In this document: positions 61,198-64,000 of the stretch, piece by piece
Numbering within the stretch: position 1 is the stretch's first letter
Layout: each line of letters starts with the position of its first letter
Assembly (NCBI RefSeq): GCF_032444005.1
Contig: NC_091283.1
Location: forward strand, 445,904,001-445,968,000
DNA: 64,000 nucleotides
From: Ranitomeya imitator
Taxonomy: Eukaryota
Direction: 5' to 3'
The notes under the pieces: generated by a model
Told to the model about the DNA's origin: nothing
The model's input: the letters and a program-made list of their open reading frames with translations, nothing else
Databases searched by the model: none
Made by a program: the position numbers and the translations under genes

Positions 61198-62957
61198 ATG
61201 AAGACGCTTTTCTTTAATGCTGCAAACAACGATCACAGCACCGAGTGGAAACCCCAGGAGGAGGGAGACACTGCCCAGAGCAAGCTCCTGCATGACGCCA
61301 CCAGATTTGATGCCCCTTGTAGCAGTGAGCAGGAGAGCCCACCTCTCCCCCGCCGGTTTACGTGCCCCCAGCTGCTCTGCGACAAGACGTTTGCATCCAA
61401 ATACAAGCTCTGCAGGTACAGAGACTGATGCCCCAGGCCCTCTACGTACCCTCTAAAGGCGGCGCCATCTATAGGCAGGAAAGCGTAATATCTAAAAAGG
61501 AATCTGGCGCCATGTGGCAGGGAGGAGGCAAGCTTATGTGAGGCCACAACACAGCTATTTTCACATTGTTTAAGACCTCTGCTTGCTGTTGGTGAATTTA
61601 TTCATTCTGACCTAATGATTGTTACCTCCGTATCCTGGCTGAAAAGCAGCACAAATCTGTCAGTTGCCCTGATGGTTTGTTAACGTGTGTCAGTCTGAAA
61701 TCTAGGTTAGGGCAGGATTGGTGTCAAGTCTGAGTGAGAATGTTTCCATCCACTGCCAGAAAGCAGACATTGCAAATTCTGAAGAACCAAAGCTTAAAAT
61801 GGACTAGTAATGATATTAGACAGGCCAGTGATGGGAATGTTGTGTGTGACTGTGACTTTCTCTCTCCCTTCAGGCATATGGCCACTCACTCTATGCAGAA
61901 ATCCCACCAATGCTCACACTGCGGCAAAATGTTCCACCGGAAAGACCACCTGAAGAATCACCTGCAGACCCACAACCCTAACCGTGTGGCCCTGCAGTGC
62001 CCGGAGTGCAGCAAGAATTACAGCACCAAATACGGACACCGCCGCCATCTTGCCTTACATGCCATTGCCAGGGGCGACCTCAGCTGTGCCATATGTTTTC
62101 AGGTATTCCGAGACCGCCAGTCAGTGCTGGAGCACCTGAAAAGCCACAACCATCGGCCGTCCATGGGCAACCGAGAGAAAAAATACCCCTGCGAGCACTG
62201 CGACCGCTGCTTCTACACCCGCAAGGATGTTCGGCGCCACCTGGTGGTGCACACCGGCCGCAAGGATTTCCAGTGTCACTGCTGCGCCCAGATGTTTGGA
62301 CGCAAGGACCATCTAACTCGGCACATGAAGAAGAGCCATTGCGAGGAAGCACCTCGGATCAAAATCGAACCTCAAGACGACTTGAGCCTCATGAGCTGCC
62401 AATCAACAGTCGTGAAAGAAGAGTGGGGGTCCATCATGTGCATGCAGCCAAGAGACATGATTTCCACGGGCATGTACACTATGCCATTTCAGCCCCTACC
62501 CAATGCTGGCATTCCTCAGTCCTTAGTGCCAACCTCATTGCCTTTAGGGCTTAGTTACCCCTCCGAAAGCGTGCCCACCTTCTCCACAGACCCATCTAAC
62601 AGGTTCCAGTTCACCTCTACCTCATACCTCCCCAAAAGTGAAATGGATTCTTTCATGTCTGATGGGTCTGGGGGGCTGTCCCTCACTTCCTCCGAGCTGG
62701 CGGCATGTACGCCACAGGCCGCATTGGATGAGTCTTACCTCTCTGCCCTGTGCGATCCCCTATCATCGGGCATAGACTTTAACCATTTCCTCAGCTTCTT
62801 GCCAGTCAATCTCCCTCCTTGTAACCTCTCGTTGCCCAACACTGAGATATCCATGGGAGAAAATCAACAATTCCTGGCACCAGGCAGCGATCTGCCTCAT
62901 TATACCTCAGACATTAACCCTACAACGTTGCCTCAGTTTCACCAAGCCTTCAAGTAA
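61198..62957 (+). CDS. PLAGL2: Zinc finger protein PLAGL2, 433 aa (exons 61198-61415 and 61874-62957)
   Basis: Six C2H2 fingers (HRKDHLKNH, YTRKDVRRH, GRKDHLTRH); IKIE/VKEE/PKSE SUMO-type motifs; PLAG-family C-terminus TTLPQFHQAFK; head-to-head synteny with POFUT1. The start codon is inferred. Confidence 0.93.
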
Positions 62958-64000
62958 ACCCGGTGAGACCGTTTCTTATCTTACCTCATATGATACCCGG
63001 AGAGAACACTTGGTGCCATCTTGGCGCCTTTTTATTTTTTTCTCGTATTTCAAGGCCTCGCAGTTACTTTTGTCAGGTTTTTTGTTAAGCTAACTTCTTC
63101 CATTTGTCTGACAACAGTGCATCATACCTCAGGATCAGAGACTGCGCCATTCCACGCCTCGGTGGAAACCAGAACGATCCCACCCCTATAAAATGTGAAG
63201 ATGGTGGCGGGTCAGAGGGCAGGATGGAAGAAGATGGTGGACGGCATTCATCAAGCATAAGACTTGCATTTACCAGTAAGATTGTTACGATCGCCACCCC
63301 TTCACCCAGCCACCTAGTCGGAATGGTCATCTGAACCAAGAACCTGTACCAGTGCCAAGTCTCATCTACCTCTTTCAGATCTGTGCCCGTATAAAGACAA
63401 TTCCTCGCCGAGGAGACCAGTCGGAGTCATTTCCAGTGGGTTTGTTTACTACTCTTGGTGGCATTGCCCGCTCGTATTACCTCACTACGCCGTTTACAGT
63501 GTGAATCGTGAAATAAGCTACTCCGCAGAGCTTTGCTGCCCCCCAGTGGGCACCTTTAGGTGGTGCTCTAGTGGCGCCCAGAGCAATTCTCTTCCCAGTT
63601 TAGTTTGTTACTTTAGACATCGGCCAGTCGTAGCAGCAAGTCTGGCTTCAGTCCTGCCATCCCTCCCTGCCTGAAGTTATTGAGGCAGGCTGGTTGCTAG
63701 GGACATTTTAGAGTGCTTGTTAGGCAACGTCCATAGCAACCAGACTGTTGGCCATGTCTGCATGGTATTGTCATCATTCCTGGAGTGCCTTCAGGGCAGG
63801 TAAGCCCGGTGACTACTTGGCAGTGGGGTGCAAGACATTTACACAGTATTGTCCTAGGATTTAAATGGGGGGGGGCAGAGTGCTCCAGTCCTACATAGTT
63901 TCTATTCACGGACAGCAAGCAGTCATCTTGAAAATGTCAAACAGTTAACTTTATTTATTAGACGCTGATTACGATCCATAGGATGAAACATTTAAATAAC

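Overview
Vertebrate genomic DNA, most likely an anuran (frog); this is inferred from the protein sequences and the TE/minisatellite landscape. The window holds the conserved syntenic block KIF3B (minus strand, 8 coding exons, 741 aa), POFUT1 (minus, 7 exons, 381 aa) and PLAGL2 (plus, 2 coding exons, 433 aa). The order and orientation match human 20q11.21, with POFUT1 and PLAGL2 head-to-head on a CpG-rich promoter. The first ~22 kb is a nested transposon graveyard. It contains Tc1 fossils, non-autonomous TTAA (piggyBac-like) elements (one carrying telomere-like CCCTAA repeats), one near-complete and one truncated DIRS1-type tyrosine-recombinase retrotransposon inserted about 230 bp apart in the same host element, many MITEs, and an 869-bp foldback with a 13-bp target duplication. 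Introns are filled with minisatellites, Harbinger-, Kolobok- and pogo-like MITEs, L2 LINE fragments and a Helitron. KIF3B intron 1 carries a spliced CSNK2A1 mRNA fragment fused to the 5' end of an L2 fragment. Most long ORFs in the supplied track are artefacts of tandem repeats. No database searches were run: all family and gene assignments come from recognised motifs and structure.
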